From Eubacteriales bacterium (GTDB lineage Bacteria; Bacillota; Clostridia; Lachnospirales; JAITVM01), in contig JAVBOA010000012.1 of the NCBI GenBank assembly GCA_031551135.1, forward strand, positions 844 through 64,843: a stretch of 64,000 bases of DNA, written 5' to 3'. Below are positions 36,880-47,829 of the stretch, piece by piece (positions within the stretch are counted from its first letter, which is position 1; every line of letters starts with the position of its first letter). The notes beneath the pieces were generated by a model. It was not told the DNA's origin. It did no database searches and saw nothing but the letters and a program-made list of their open reading frames with translations. A program made the position numbers and the translations under genes.

Positions 36880-38997
36880 TTATTCTGTTTTTAAATCAAC
36901 ATTAGTGAGTAAAAGGCTGCTGAACGGCGGCATTGTAATATTTAAGAGCCCGTCTTTTACAAAAAAGCGGCGGCGGTCGGAATAAAATGTATCGTTTGCC
37001 GTGCCGAAAACTTGGTAAAGTGAGGAATCTTTTTTGACATTTGCTTTCCAAACCGGAATATTCATCGCGCGTTCGTTTTCGTTGTTATTAATAATAACAA
37101 TGACGCTTTCTTCGTGCATCCAACGCCCGAAACACATCACTCCGTAATTTGAATAGAGAAATAAAACCGGTCCTTTTTTTATTGCCAGCGAGTTTTTATG
37201 AAAGGCAATTATTTCTTTATGAAAATCCAATAAAACTTTATTTTCATGTCCCCAAGGGAACGGCCTACGGTTGTCGGGGTCGGTCCAGCCGACTGCACCG
37301 GCTTCGTCGCCGTAATAAACGGTAGGCGCGCCCGGCCAAGTCATTTGAAACATTACGGCTTCCAGCATTATCGATAATCTTATATTTATTCCGGCCTCGA
37401 ATGCTCCTTTTGTGTGAAGCCTGCCTTCGGTCATATTTGTTCTTGTCAGAAAACGAGAGTGGTCATGGTTAGAAAGCTGATTCATCGAGCAATAAAGTGA
37501 CTGGTACGAAAAGCGTGACATAAAATAACGCATTGTGTTTTCAAAAACCATTCCGTTTCTAAGCATATCCGGATTAAATGATTCGCTGTGCTTTTCCATA
37601 CCGGTCAAAAACCAAGTCAACGGCTCCATAAAAGCATCATAGTTCATAACGGTGTCCCATTGGTCACCTTTCAGCCAGTCTTGAGGGTCTCCGTAATGCT
37701 CCGCCAAAATAATCGCATCGGGATTTGCTTCTTTTACGGAATTTCGAAAATCCTTCCAAAATTTATGGTTAAATTCTTTGCTATGACCTAAATCAGCGGC
37801 AACGTCCAGCCGCCAGCCGTCTGCATTAAAAGGAGGAGAAACCCATTTTGCTCCGACTTTTAAAATATAATTATAAAGCTCTTCAGAACCTTCAAAATTT
37901 AATTTCGGGTGATTGTCGTGCCCCCACCAACTGTCATAGCAATCGTTATTCGGCCAGTTATTATCATACCATCTGAAATAATCGTGATAAATACTTTTTT
38001 CTTCACGGTAAGCGCCTTTTTCATAACCGCCGGCGGCATAAAAACCTTCTTTGTCCATCCATTTATTAAATGCTCCGCAATGGTTGAACACGCCGTCTAA
38101 AATAACTTTTATTCCATTTTCATGAGCGATTTTTATAAGCTCAATCATAATATTATTGCTTGCTTCTAAATTGACTTTGTTCGTCGTGCGCTGAATGTAC
38201 ATATTTGCATACCGGTTTAATAATTTATCCGTAGAAAGCGGCTTTTCATTATCCTCAATCAAAACACCGTAATGCGGGTCGACATAATCATAATCTTGGG
38301 TATCATATTTGTGGTTTGAGGGCGAAACGAAAATAGGGTTAAAATAAATCGCCTCTATTCCTAATTCTTTAAGATAGGACATTTTTTTTATAACACCGGA
38401 TAAATCACCGCCGTAAAAATTACAAATATCATCAGATTTTACATCGGAATCCCAATCTGTTATTTTTTTTGCAACACGTCCTAAATACATATATTCGTAA
38501 TCGACAACGTCGTTTTTCTCATCGCCGTTAAAAAATCTGTAAACATATATTTGATACATAACTGCGCCTTTTGCCCAATCAGGAGTTTCGAAACCATAAA
38601 TTACATTGAAATTGTATATTTGGTCAATATCGGTATAAATTCCGCGTTTGTTATAAAAATATACAATATTGTCTTTTTCTAAAGAAAAATAATATTTTAA
38701 TTGGTTTTTTGTATAACTTAGGTTAATATAATAATAGTCAAATAGTTCTTCGGAATAATAGTAGGACATTGGAATTTTTTCGCTGTCAAAATGTATAAAA
38801 ACACGATCAATATTATTTTTTCCTGTACGAATTTTAATTGAAATATTTTCGTTGATTTTCGGCTGGCAAGGCGACACAAAAATTTCGCTTTCGTCACTAA
38901 AAATAGCTTCAATATTAATATATTGTTTGGAAAGTTTTTGTAATAAAGAGATTTTTTCTGTTTTTCCTAAGTTTTTAATATCTATGATATTTTGCAT
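36880..38997 (-). CDS. GH13 alpha-glycosidase (neopullulanase/maltodextrin glucosidase-like)
   Basis: NHKYDT.DY, DGVFNH, DGWRLDVA, AEH, SNHD and YYGDE motifs. Confidence 0.92.
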   Translation of the reverse strand: MQNIIDIKNLGKTEKISLLQKLSKQYINIEAIFSDESEIFVSPCQPKINENISIKIRTGKNNIDRVFIHFDSEKIPMSYYYSEELFDYYYINLSYTKNQLKYYFSLEKDNIVYFYNKRGIYTDIDQIYNFNVIYGFETPDWAKGAVMYQIYVYRFFNGDEKNDVVDYEYMYLGRVAKKITDWDSDVKSDDICNFYGGDLSGVIKKMSYLKELGIEAIYFNPIFVSPSNHKYDTQDYDYVDPHYGVLIEDNEKPLSTDKLLNRYANMYIQRTTNKVNLEASNNIMIELIKIAHENGIKVILDGVFNHCGAFNKWMDKEGFYAAGGYEKGAYREEKSIYHDYFRWYDNNWPNNDCYDSWWGHDNHPKLNFEGSEELYNYILKVGAKWVSPPFNADGWRLDVAADLGHSKEFNHKFWKDFRNSVKEANPDAIILAEHYGDPQDWLKGDQWDTVMNYDAFMEPLTWFLTGMEKHSESFNPDMLRNGMVFENTMRYFMSRFSYQSLYCSMNQLSNHDHSRFLTRTNMTEGRLHTKGAFEAGINIRLSIMLEAVMFQMTWPGAPTVYYGDEAGAVGWTDPDNRRPFPWGHENKVLLDFHKEIIAFHKNSLAIKKGPVLFLYSNYGVMCFGRWMHEESVIVIINNNENERAMNIPVWKANVKKDSSLYQVFGTANDTFYSDRRRFFVKDGLLNITMPPFSSLLLTNVDLKTE

Positions 38998-39145
38998 AGG
39001 TGCCTCCGTTTGTAAACTATCTCCATTTTAAAGGATAAAAAATAGAATAGTATAAATATTATTAATCAGCAGAAGTATATCCACCAGAACTAATTATACC
39101 ATATCTATACAAATTGAAAATAGTATAAAATGAGGAGGAATTTTT

Positions 39146-41143
39146 ATGAGATGTAGAAAATGTGGAGTCGAACTGCCCCAAGACTCACAATATTGCAGCA
39201 ATTGCGGCAAAAAAAACAGAGCCGGAGAGAAAGTTACATTTAAAACCGTTATGTGGGCTTTGTTGACAATAGCTTGTTTTTTTGCGGTCACATTCGCATT
39301 AGTTTATTTTTTATCAATCAATAATGTATTAAATGTCGTACAAAACTTTTTTAATCCTCAAGCACCGGCCGTGAACCCGGAGCCCGAGCCGATTGTATCA
39401 GTTGCTCCTTCTCCAACTCCTACAGCGGAATTAAAAGTTGAAGTTCCCGAATTCAAAAAAGAGGAAGTTGAAAAAACAGGATTTGGATATACTGAATTCT
39501 ATGACAATGAAAAACTTTTTTATATAAATCCTAAAACAAAGAATATTGTTCTGAATATGGATTATAGAAATGTTTCCGAACGAGAGGCAATTATATCTAA
39601 AAGAGAAGTAAAATCGATTTTCAAGCAAATGAATTATATATATGCGATTACTGAAAACGAAATCATTCGAATAGATTATGAAAACGAAAATAATGAAAGT
39701 ATTTTAACTTCGGTTAAAGCGTTAAGTTTTTTTGTTGATAAAGACTTTATATTTTATACGGTAAGGCGTTCTGCACTTACAAATGATTTGTTTAGAATTG
39801 ATAAAAACGGCGGGAATCCTGTTCTGGTTGCTGAAAATATTTTTAATTTTGATATAAACCAAAATATCAGCACAGTTTTTTATTCCAGCATTGTTGAAAA
39901 AGAAAATTATGATGAGAAAAACGGGAACATGAAATTTATTCAACTTCAAAAACCAACGGAAAGCACAATCGGTTATCTAACAATATTCGCATGTGATTAT
40001 GCGGGCGAGGGCAAATATAAATTTGCGGAAAAGCCTGTGGACTCCCTGTTGAATTTCTTTACGACACAATTCGCTTTTCTTGATGAAAGAACGGCGTTTT
40101 CGATAAATCATTATTATTCTACTACTTTATGTGTCGCTGAAAATAACCGTGATAAATATATTTCTTTGGACAGCGCAAAAGACCAATTGAGAGATTATTT
40201 TTTGTTTGACGAAAATATTTATTATACGAAATATGAAAACGACCGACCGTATATTTATGGGTTTTACAGGTATAATTACGCAACAGGCGAATCTACAAAA
40301 ATCACCGAGACTATTCCGTATACTAATATAAAAATCGATAACGGTGTTGTTTATATTTTGATAGACAGCCGCTATGTAATTACTTGCAATCTCGACGGCT
40401 CCAGCAAAAAAGGATTTTTTGATTTTTCCGACGAAGAAAAAGAATTGGGTTCTTTTATAGATTTTGACAATGAGAATCTTTATTTTAAAAATGCGATTTT
40501 AGGCCGTGATAAAAATGAATTGTTTTACGTGATAAAAGACAATAATCAAACAATGCGCTACAATTATGATGTTCCGCGTGAATATAAATCAGATTATCCG
40601 GCAAGCGAAAAATATTTCGCGCTTTTGACAGATTCGAATTTTCTTACGCAGAAAAAAGCTTTCGCTATTCAGGATATAAATTCTGATAATATTCCGGAAG
40701 TTTTTATCGCGGATAATAACAACGAAAATGTCGAAACTAATTCATATTATTTCGAAAATCTTACGAATACAAAGATTTATACTTTTGTCGAAAATAATTT
40801 AGCGGAAGTAGAAATCCAAAATCCGAATTTGTTTTCAACTTCATTGCTTTTTAACCGCTTTGATGATGAATTAATTACTTACAGCAAGAAAGACGGTTTT
40901 CTTGAAATAGCGTACAACGCTTTGGATGGCACTAAATTTACCACAAGACCGTATTTAAAGCAGGAAACAATTGAGGAAAAAGAAAAATATTTTATGTATA
41001 CCGACGGCTTATACAAAGAAATTTCTTATGATGATTTTTTGGCGTTTAAAGATGAAATCGAGAGGGGATATTTTGCGTATCTTCGAAAACTCGATATCAA
41101 TATTTCAAATATAATCGAGAATTTATACTTCTCTGTGCAATAA
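39146..41143 (+). CDS. Membrane-anchored protein with N-terminal zinc ribbon and DUF5050-like beta-propeller
   Basis: CRKCG...CSNCG, one TM helix, P-rich linker, repeated IYY/FY...N.DG strands. Confidence 0.7.
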   Translation: MRCRKCGVELPQDSQYCSNCGKKNRAGEKVTFKTVMWALLTIACFFAVTFALVYFLSINNVLNVVQNFFNPQAPAVNPEPEPIVSVAPSPTPTAELKVEVPEFKKEEVEKTGFGYTEFYDNEKLFYINPKTKNIVLNMDYRNVSEREAIISKREVKSIFKQMNYIYAITENEIIRIDYENENNESILTSVKALSFFVDKDFIFYTVRRSALTNDLFRIDKNGGNPVLVAENIFNFDINQNISTVFYSSIVEKENYDEKNGNMKFIQLQKPTESTIGYLTIFACDYAGEGKYKFAEKPVDSLLNFFTTQFAFLDERTAFSINHYYSTTLCVAENNRDKYISLDSAKDQLRDYFLFDENIYYTKYENDRPYIYGFYRYNYATGESTKITETIPYTNIKIDNGVVYILIDSRYVITCNLDGSSKKGFFDFSDEEKELGSFIDFDNENLYFKNAILGRDKNELFYVIKDNNQTMRYNYDVPREYKSDYPASEKYFALLTDSNFLTQKKAFAIQDINSDNIPEVFIADNNNENVETNSYYFENLTNTKIYTFVENNLAEVEIQNPNLFSTSLLFNRFDDELITYSKKDGFLEIAYNALDGTKFTTRPYLKQETIEEKEKYFMYTDGLYKEISYDDFLAFKDEIERGYFAYLRKLDINISNIIENLYFSVQ

Positions 41144-41159
41144 TTAAGGAGCTTTATAA

Positions 41160-41420
41160 ATGGAAATAATAAAAACTGCTAAAGCGGGGTCGCTTTTTTC
41201 AAATGATGTTTTGATTATGATTTCACCGAATGACGAGCTGGTTATCGAGCTTGACACGATTGTCAAACAATTTGAAGAAGCGATTCTTGACACAATACAA
41301 AATAAACTTGCTGAAATGAATGTTGCGAAAGGTTTAATTCAAATTAAGGATAAAGGCGCACTAGATTATACTCTGCGTGCACGTTTGGAAACAGCGATTT
41401 TAAGGGGGATTGAATTGTGA
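41160..41420 (+). CDS. citD: Citrate lyase acyl carrier protein (gamma subunit)
   Basis: AGSLFSND and DKGALD..L.AR. Confidence 0.92.
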   Translation: MEIIKTAKAGSLFSNDVLIMISPNDELVIELDTIVKQFEEAILDTIQNKLAEMNVAKGLIQIKDKGALDYTLRARLETAILRGIEL

Positions 41421-42286
41421 ATACAACATATTTATTTGTACCGGGCAACAATCCGGGCATGATACAATCTTCCATGTTATTTGGTGCAGACAGCGTTATC
41501 ATAGATTTGGAAGACGCTGTTTCGGCGAACGAAAAAGACGGCGCAAGGGTTTTGCTAAGAGAAGCTTTATTGAATTTGGATTTTTTAAATTCGAATATTG
41601 TAATTCGGATAAATCCGTATAATTCGGAATATTTTGAAAAAGATATCAAAAATATATCTTTTGCTAATCCGACGATAAAATCATTCTCGATTCTTGTACC
41701 AAAATCAGAACCTAAATCTTTTTTTGAAATCGAGAAAATTTTAGATGAAATGAAAATTTCAATAGATACAAAAATGATTGCTCTGATTGAAACGGCAGTC
41801 GGGCTTGAAAATATTTCGGAAATTATTAAAAACTCAAAACGCATTAAAGGTATATTGCTTGGAGCCGAAGATTTGACAAGCGATTTCGGGATTCCTCGAA
41901 CAAAATCCTCTCATGAGATTTTATATGCAAGAAATAAAACTGTCGCGGCTTGCAAAGCCTACAATTTGGAATGTATAGACACTCCGTTTACAGATGTCGA
42001 CGACGAAAAAGGACTTTTTGAGGATTCTTTGTTTGCCAAAAATATTGGCTTTTCGGGTAAAGCTTGTATAAATCCGCGCCAAATTGAAATTGTAAAAAAA
42101 GCTTTCTTGCCGTCCAAAGAAGAATTGGAATTTGCTAAACGTGTAATAAAAACAAATGAATTGGCCAAAAAAGATAATCTAGGTGTTTTTTCCATAGACG
42201 GGAAAATGGTAGATGCTCCGATTATAAAACGTGCCGAAAATACCCTGAATTTGTACGAAGAATTAGTTGGTGAAAAATATGATTAA
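41417..42286 (+). CDS. citE: Citrate lyase beta subunit
   Basis: LFVPGNNP, DLEDAV, IETA.G, GAED, GKACINPRQ, GKMVDAP. Confidence 0.93.
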   Translation: MNTTYLFVPGNNPGMIQSSMLFGADSVIIDLEDAVSANEKDGARVLLREALLNLDFLNSNIVIRINPYNSEYFEKDIKNISFANPTIKSFSILVPKSEPKSFFEIEKILDEMKISIDTKMIALIETAVGLENISEIIKNSKRIKGILLGAEDLTSDFGIPRTKSSHEILYARNKTVAACKAYNLECIDTPFTDVDDEKGLFEDSLFAKNIGFSGKACINPRQIEIVKKAFLPSKEELEFAKRVIKTNELAKKDNLGVFSIDGKMVDAPIIKRAENTLNLYEELVGEKYD

Positions 42287-43811
42287 TCAATTTGGAATAG
42301 AAATTCTGGAATATATTGAAGGAATAGGGGAGCTTGAAGCTTTTCGCGGAATAAAAAAAGAAAGCGGAATTATCAATACTGTTCCGGTAAAAATAAAATC
42401 CAATAATTCTCAAAAAGTATTTTATTCGATTGAGGAGATTTTGGACAAACTCGATTTAAAAGATGGAATTTGTGTTTCGTTTCATCATCATTTGCGCAAC
42501 GGCGATAAAGTTTTGAATTTTATTATGGAATCGTTGGCAAAAAGAGGGATTAAAGATATTATGCTTGCCCCCAGCTCGGTTTTTCCGGTACATGAGCCTC
42601 TGGTTGAGCATATAATGAGCGGTTGTGTTACAAAAATAACATCTTCATATATCTCCGGACCTGTTGCAAAAGCGATTTCGGAAGGTAAATTAAAATACCC
42701 GGCGATTTTGACAACGCATGGCGGTCGGCCGGCTCTTATCGAAAGCGGAAAAATTCATATTGACATTGCTTTTGTTGCAGCGGCTTCGTCGGATTCTATG
42801 GGAAATATTAACGGCATAAATGGAAAATCCGCATTCGGAACTTTGGGCTACGCCGTTGCAGATGCCGAATATGCTGATACGACAGTTGTTATAACCGATA
42901 ATCTCGTGGATTATCCAAATGCTCCGATTGATATTTCGCAGATTTATACGGATTATGTTTTAGTTGTGGATTCAATCGGCGATCCGAGCGGAATTGTTGC
43001 CGGAACCACAAGAATTACAAAAGATCCGCTTGGCTTAAAAATCGCCGCTCTTACTTCGAAATTAATTTTTCATTCGGGATATTTTAAAAACGGAATGAGT
43101 TTTCAAACCGGCGCAGGAGGCACATCACTTGCTGTAGCGGCAGAGCTTGCGAAATTAATGCAGGAAAAAAATATAAAAGGGTCGTTTGCTTCCGGAGGAA
43201 CTAATTCTTTTATAGTCGATATGCTGAATAAAAATCTTTTTGAATATATTTTTGATACGCAATGCTTTGATTTGGCGGCAGTGGAATCATATAAAAGCAA
43301 TCCGAAGCATTTGTTTATGAGCTGCTCTATGTATACTAATCCAAACCGAAAAGGCACGGTCGCTGATATGCTTGATATTATGATTTTGGGAGCTACAGAA
43401 ATTGACAAGGATTTCAATGTAAATGTTATAACCGGCTCTGATGGATATATAATGGGCGGTTCGGGCGGACATTCCGATACTGCGGCAGGCGCTAAACTTT
43501 CGATTGTTGTCACAAATTTAATCAAAACCCGAATTCCTATTGTCAAAGAAAAAATAACTACAATAACGACACCCGGCGAAAGTATTGATGTTTTGGTCAC
43601 AGAATACGGAATTGCAATAAATCCTCTGCGCAAAGATATTATCGAAAAATTAAAAAATACAAATTTACCTATAGTAGAAATTTCGGAACTGATTAAAACG
43701 GCGGAGAAAATTTGCGGAATCCCGAAGGAAATAAAATTTGATGAAAAAATCGTTGCGCTTGTAATGTACCGTGACGGGACAATTATTGATACAGTGAGGA
43801 AAGTTTTATGA
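42279..43811 (+). CDS. citF: Citrate lyase alpha subunit
   Basis: SFHHHLRNGD, HGGR, FQTGAGG, GGHSDTAAG, YRDGTIIDTV. Confidence 0.95.
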   Translation: MINQFGIEILEYIEGIGELEAFRGIKKESGIINTVPVKIKSNNSQKVFYSIEEILDKLDLKDGICVSFHHHLRNGDKVLNFIMESLAKRGIKDIMLAPSSVFPVHEPLVEHIMSGCVTKITSSYISGPVAKAISEGKLKYPAILTTHGGRPALIESGKIHIDIAFVAAASSDSMGNINGINGKSAFGTLGYAVADAEYADTTVVITDNLVDYPNAPIDISQIYTDYVLVVDSIGDPSGIVAGTTRITKDPLGLKIAALTSKLIFHSGYFKNGMSFQTGAGGTSLAVAAELAKLMQEKNIKGSFASGGTNSFIVDMLNKNLFEYIFDTQCFDLAAVESYKSNPKHLFMSCSMYTNPNRKGTVADMLDIMILGATEIDKDFNVNVITGSDGYIMGGSGGHSDTAAGAKLSIVVTNLIKTRIPIVKEKITTITTPGESIDVLVTEYGIAINPLRKDIIEKLKNTNLPIVEISELIKTAEKICGIPKEIKFDEKIVALVMYRDGTIIDTVRKVL

Positions 43812-44776
43812 TTTGCGAAATAGCGGATGATTTAGATGAAGTCAGGCTTTTTCTATCCGGATTTGATTTAAAATTAGATGAAGATGTTGATTATACGGTA
43901 GTAATCCGGCAAAATAAAAAAATAATTGCAACCGCTTCAAAATCCGATTATGTTTTTAAATGCTTTGCCGTAGAAAAATCTTTTCAAGGCGAAAACCTTA
44001 CGGCTTTGCTTTTGGATAATTTATTTAGTAAACTTTTTTCTGAAAATAAAACTCATGCTTTTTTGTTCACGAAAACCGAAAATAAAATAATTTTCGAAAA
44101 TTCGGGTTTTAGTTTAATTCATTCTGAAAAAGATGTATCGCTTTTAGAATTCGGCACGCATAATATAAATTCTTATGTGAACAATTTGAAAATTGATAAA
44201 AATTCGAAAAAAGCGGCGATTGTAATGAATTGCAATCCTACAACGCTTGGGCATTTATATTTAATCGAAAAAGCGGCGGCCGAAAATGAAAATCTTTTGA
44301 TATTTTTAGTTGAAGAGGATAAATCATTTTTTAGTTTTGAAAGCAGATTCGAATTATTGAAAAATGCAACAAGACATTTGAAAAATCTGACAATTATTCC
44401 GAGCAGTAAATATATTATTTCGAAATCAACATTTCCGACTTATTTTATAAAAAAAGAAACCGAGCTATTATCGGCATATACAAGATTGGATATAAATATA
44501 TTCTGCAAATATTTCTGCGAAAAATTAAATATACAATCAAGATACGCCGGTGACGAGCCGCTCGATGAATTGACAAATTTCTATAATAAAACAATGAGTG
44601 AAATACTTCCGAAATATAATATAGAATTTAAGTTAATCAAACGTTTGGAAAAAGAGGGCGCAATAATTTCGGCTTCGAAGGTTCGAAAATTGTTGAATGA
44701 AAAAAAGTTTAATGAAATAAAAAAAATCGTACCTGAAAATGTGTATGAATATTTATGCATTCATCATATGAAATAA
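43808..44776 (+). CDS. citC: [Citrate lyase] ligase
   Basis: VMNCNP.TLGH.YLIE, IS..TFP.YF, R.AG.EP and ISASKVR. Confidence 0.92.
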   Translation: MICEIADDLDEVRLFLSGFDLKLDEDVDYTVVIRQNKKIIATASKSDYVFKCFAVEKSFQGENLTALLLDNLFSKLFSENKTHAFLFTKTENKIIFENSGFSLIHSEKDVSLLEFGTHNINSYVNNLKIDKNSKKAAIVMNCNPTTLGHLYLIEKAAAENENLLIFLVEEDKSFFSFESRFELLKNATRHLKNLTIIPSSKYIISKSTFPTYFIKKETELLSAYTRLDINIFCKYFCEKLNIQSRYAGDEPLDELTNFYNKTMSEILPKYNIEFKLIKRLEKEGAIISASKVRKLLNEKKFNEIKKIVPENVYEYLCIHHMK

Positions 44777-44779
44777 ATT

Positions 44780-45265
44780 ATGGATAAAATATTAAAAGCC
44801 AGAGAAGATAATTTTAATTTTATGCTGGAGATTTTCGAAAAATATAAAAAGACAATTATTATTTGCAGGATAAATTATCCGGGTGTAGATAAAAATTCCG
44901 AAAATTCCGAAATTGCTTTTGAAAATATGCGAAAAAAAGTCACAGCGGAATTTTCGAAAAATATTTTATATTCGTATAATAAAAACTCATTTGACGGGAA
45001 AATTTTTTTCGGAGTTTTGGATTTGCCGCCACGAGATTCGAAATTAAAAGCGGTATCATTAGAGGAAAAAGACAAGCTGGGCAGGTTATTTGATATTGAT
45101 ATTTTTCATGGAGATTTTATTTCCAGAAAAGAGCTAAACCTGCCGGAACGTAGGTGCTTTATATGTGACAGAAATTCGAGAGAATGTATGCGTGAGCATA
45201 ATCACTCGAATGCAGAGATTGAAAATTATGTGAATAAATTGATTATTTCGTCAACTGCAGAGTAA
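44780..45265 (+). CDS. citX: Apo-citrate lyase phosphoribosyl-dephospho-CoA transferase
   Basis: IL.ARE, N.PG..K, GRLFDID and R.CFIC......C.R...H. Confidence 0.9.
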   Translation: MDKILKAREDNFNFMLEIFEKYKKTIIICRINYPGVDKNSENSEIAFENMRKKVTAEFSKNILYSYNKNSFDGKIFFGVLDLPPRDSKLKAVSLEEKDKLGRLFDIDIFHGDFISRKELNLPERRCFICDRNSRECMREHNHSNAEIENYVNKLIISSTAE

Positions 45266-45290
45266 ACACAATTACTCTGCAGTATTTATT
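45254..45290. terminator. Hairpin terminator between convergent genes
   Basis: ACTGCAGAGTAA-6nt-TTACTCTGCAGT. Confidence 0.75.
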
Positions 45291-45687
45291 TCTTGAAAAA
45301 AGTAACGATTAAGTAGATTATTCCTGCGATTGAGGAAATTAAGTAAATCATTAATATTTTACCGGTCTTTTTAGCTTTTTTTATATTTGCCGGAGTTTTG
45401 AAAATCATTTCATTGTCAATTTTTTGCAGAGCTTCCTGAAATGAATAATTTTTATTTATAAATTCAGCGGCTTCATCTTGTTTGCAATATGCTTGGTTAA
45501 TCAATAGCCTGATTGCGTCATTTTTTCTGCCATCATGTATCAATAAATAGAGAGAGTATACTATTTGATAATTATCCAGTTTATTATTACGTTTACTAAT
45601 AAGCTCCAGTATTTCAAAATTTGAATCCGGTGGCTGCCCGTAAAAAATTTCGTCTTTGATTTTGTAAAAAATATTATTTCTCTGCAT
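45286..45687 (-). CDS. Hypothetical protein with C-terminal membrane anchor
   Basis: GGAGGT RBS; 133 aa with a hydrophobic C-terminus. Confidence 0.65.
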   Translation of the reverse strand: MQRNNIFYKIKDEIFYGQPPDSNFEILELISKRNNKLDNYQIVYSLYLLIHDGRKNDAIRLLINQAYCKQDEAAEFINKNYSFQEALQKIDNEMIFKTPANIKKAKKTGKILMIYLISSIAGIIYLIVTFFKK

Positions 45688-45864
45688 ATTAAATCAACCT
45701 CCATGCAAAAAAATTCTTTATTCATTACGAAGCATTAAATTTTGTTTCTATATATTATACCATAACTATTTCTAATATATAGCAGAATAAGCACGGAAAA
45801 TTGTATAAATGAAAAATAATATTTTACAAATACAGGATTTCGGTTTAAAATGTCATCCATTTTA

Positions 45865-46752
45865 TTATTTATCGTCAAGCAAAGATTTTAGTTCCGCAAG
45901 TTCGTCCGGAGAAAGGGATTCTTCTTTTATTTTTCTGCGTTGAACAACTTCCAATTCTTCAGCGTTATAATAATCAATCGCAATATCATCTTTTGGTTTA
46001 ACACGCACGGCTACTTTTACTAATTTTCTCAAAACATTGACAGATAAAACCTCGCCTTCGCCTTTTGGTGTGCGCACGATATCTCCGATATTAGGTAAAA
46101 GTTTATTAAGCTCAAAATACGCTTCTTCTTCATATTTTAAACAACACATTAAGCGGCCGCAGATTCCGGAAATTTTTGTTGGGTTCAAAGAAAGATTTTG
46201 TTCTTTCGCCATTTTTATCGAAACAGGCTGAAATTCGGATAAAAAAGTTGCGCAGCACAAAGTAACTCCGCAGATTCCCATTCCGTTCATCATTTTTGCC
46301 TCGTCGCGAACACCGATCTGCCGAAGCTCAATTCGCGTGCGGAAAATAGCGGCAAGGTCTTTTACTAATTCTCTAAAATCAACGCGCCCGTCGGAAGTAA
46401 AGTAAAAAATAACTTTATTTTGGTCGAATGTAAATTCAACATCAATTAGCTTCATATCCAATTTATGATCTCTAATCTTTTTATAGCAAATATCAAAAGC
46501 GTCTTTTTGCTTGTCAATATTTGCTTGGTGAACAACAGCATCTTCAGCGGTTGCAACTCGGATTATTTTTTTTAAAGGCATAATAACTTCGCTGTCATCG
46601 ACGAAACGGTTAGAAAGCTCAATTTTACCGTATTCAACGCCCCTTATAGTTTCGACGATAACGCTTTGTCCGCGCTCGATAATAACGCCATTTGGGTCAA
46701 AATAATATATTCTGCCCACGGGTTTAAACCTAACGCCTACTACTTCTATCAT
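45865..46752 (-). CDS. yaaT: Stage 0 sporulation protein YaaT/RicT (PSP1 domain)
   Basis: GRVDFRELVKDLA, RQIGVRDEAK, KISGICGRLMCCL. Confidence 0.95.
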   Translation of the reverse strand: MIEVVGVRFKPVGRIYYFDPNGVIIERGQSVIVETIRGVEYGKIELSNRFVDDSEVIMPLKKIIRVATAEDAVVHQANIDKQKDAFDICYKKIRDHKLDMKLIDVEFTFDQNKVIFYFTSDGRVDFRELVKDLAAIFRTRIELRQIGVRDEAKMMNGMGICGVTLCCATFLSEFQPVSIKMAKEQNLSLNPTKISGICGRLMCCLKYEEEAYFELNKLLPNIGDIVRTPKGEGEVLSVNVLRKLVKVAVRVKPKDDIAIDYYNAEELEVVQRRKIKEESLSPDELAELKSLLDDK

Positions 46753-46758
46753 AAATTT

Positions 46759-47745
46759 TTACTCCTTCATTGTTATTAACATCACTTCGATTGTTAAATT
46801 AAAATTGCCGTAATAATGTATGGAATATTTTGCTTTATCAATCGCATCTAAAATATTATATAATTTATTTTTACTGTATTCAAAAGATTCATTCTTTATT
46901 TTTTCAAAATTAGATTTATCCAGAACAAAATTAAAAGATTCTGTTTCTTTATAAACAAGGATGTCCCGATACCAAACATACATAAAATCAAAGACATCTT
47001 TTACATTATCTTTATATTCATCAAAAATTTTGGCCGAAGCGAATAAATCGGTTAAGCTCATATTTTTAAAAGAAATTAGGAATGAAATTATTTTTTCACG
47101 CATAGATTTAAGATATTCATCATTTAGAAATTCTATTCCGCGTCCGATACTGCCTTCCGAAAAAAATCCGGCAATCTCCGAATTATTTTTGGAAATATCA
47201 AATTTTGAAGAAAGATAATCCGAAACTTTAATGTAGGGCAGAGGTTTAATTTTTAATAAGACACAGCGCGAAATTATTGTAGGTAAAAAAATCTTATAAT
47301 TGGCTGACTTCAAAATAAAAATCGCATACACAGGCGGCTCCTCGATTGTTTTCAGCAATGCGTTTTGTGCTTGCACGGTAAGCTTATCTGCGTCATCGAT
47401 TATAAAAATTTTATAAGGATATTTATAGGGCTTTATAGAAACGAGATTATTAATTCCTTCCCGAACTTCCTCAACCCCGATGGATTTTTTGTCTTTCAGT
47501 GATAATCTTATTATATCAGGATGATTATCATTATCAAAAGCGCGGCAGGAAACACATTCCAAACATGGCTCATTGCCGTGTTTTTCGCATTGCAGAGTTT
47601 TTGCGAAGATATTCGAAATAAATGTCTTGCCGGTTCCGGAAGCTCCGTCAAAAATAAAAGCCTGCGGAACTTTTTCTTCTTCAATTATATTTTGCAGATA
47701 TTTTACAATATTTTTATTCCCGATGATATCATTAAATTTATACAA
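46759..47745 (-). CDS. holB: DNA polymerase III delta' subunit
   Basis: G..GTGK, PC.EC.SC, HPD, AQNALLKTIEEP, TIISRC; adjacent to yaaT. Confidence 0.92.
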   Translation of the reverse strand: MYKFNDIIGNKNIVKYLQNIIEEEKVPQAFIFDGASGTGKTFISNIFAKTLQCEKHGNEPCLECVSCRAFDNDNHPDIIRLSLKDKKSIGVEEVREGINNLVSIKPYKYPYKIFIIDDADKLTVQAQNALLKTIEEPPVYAIFILKSANYKIFLPTIISRCVLLKIKPLPYIKVSDYLSSKFDISKNNSEIAGFFSEGSIGRGIEFLNDEYLKSMREKIISFLISFKNMSLTDLFASAKIFDEYKDNVKDVFDFMYVWYRDILVYKETESFNFVLDKSNFEKIKNESFEYSKNKLYNILDAIDKAKYSIHYYGNFNLTIEVMLITMKE

Positions 47746-47829
47746 AAAAACACCTTATTCCCGATTATCATAAAAAGATGATAACACAGCGTTTTGTTTA
47801 TGACAATAAAAATCTTAAACCCAATTAAT

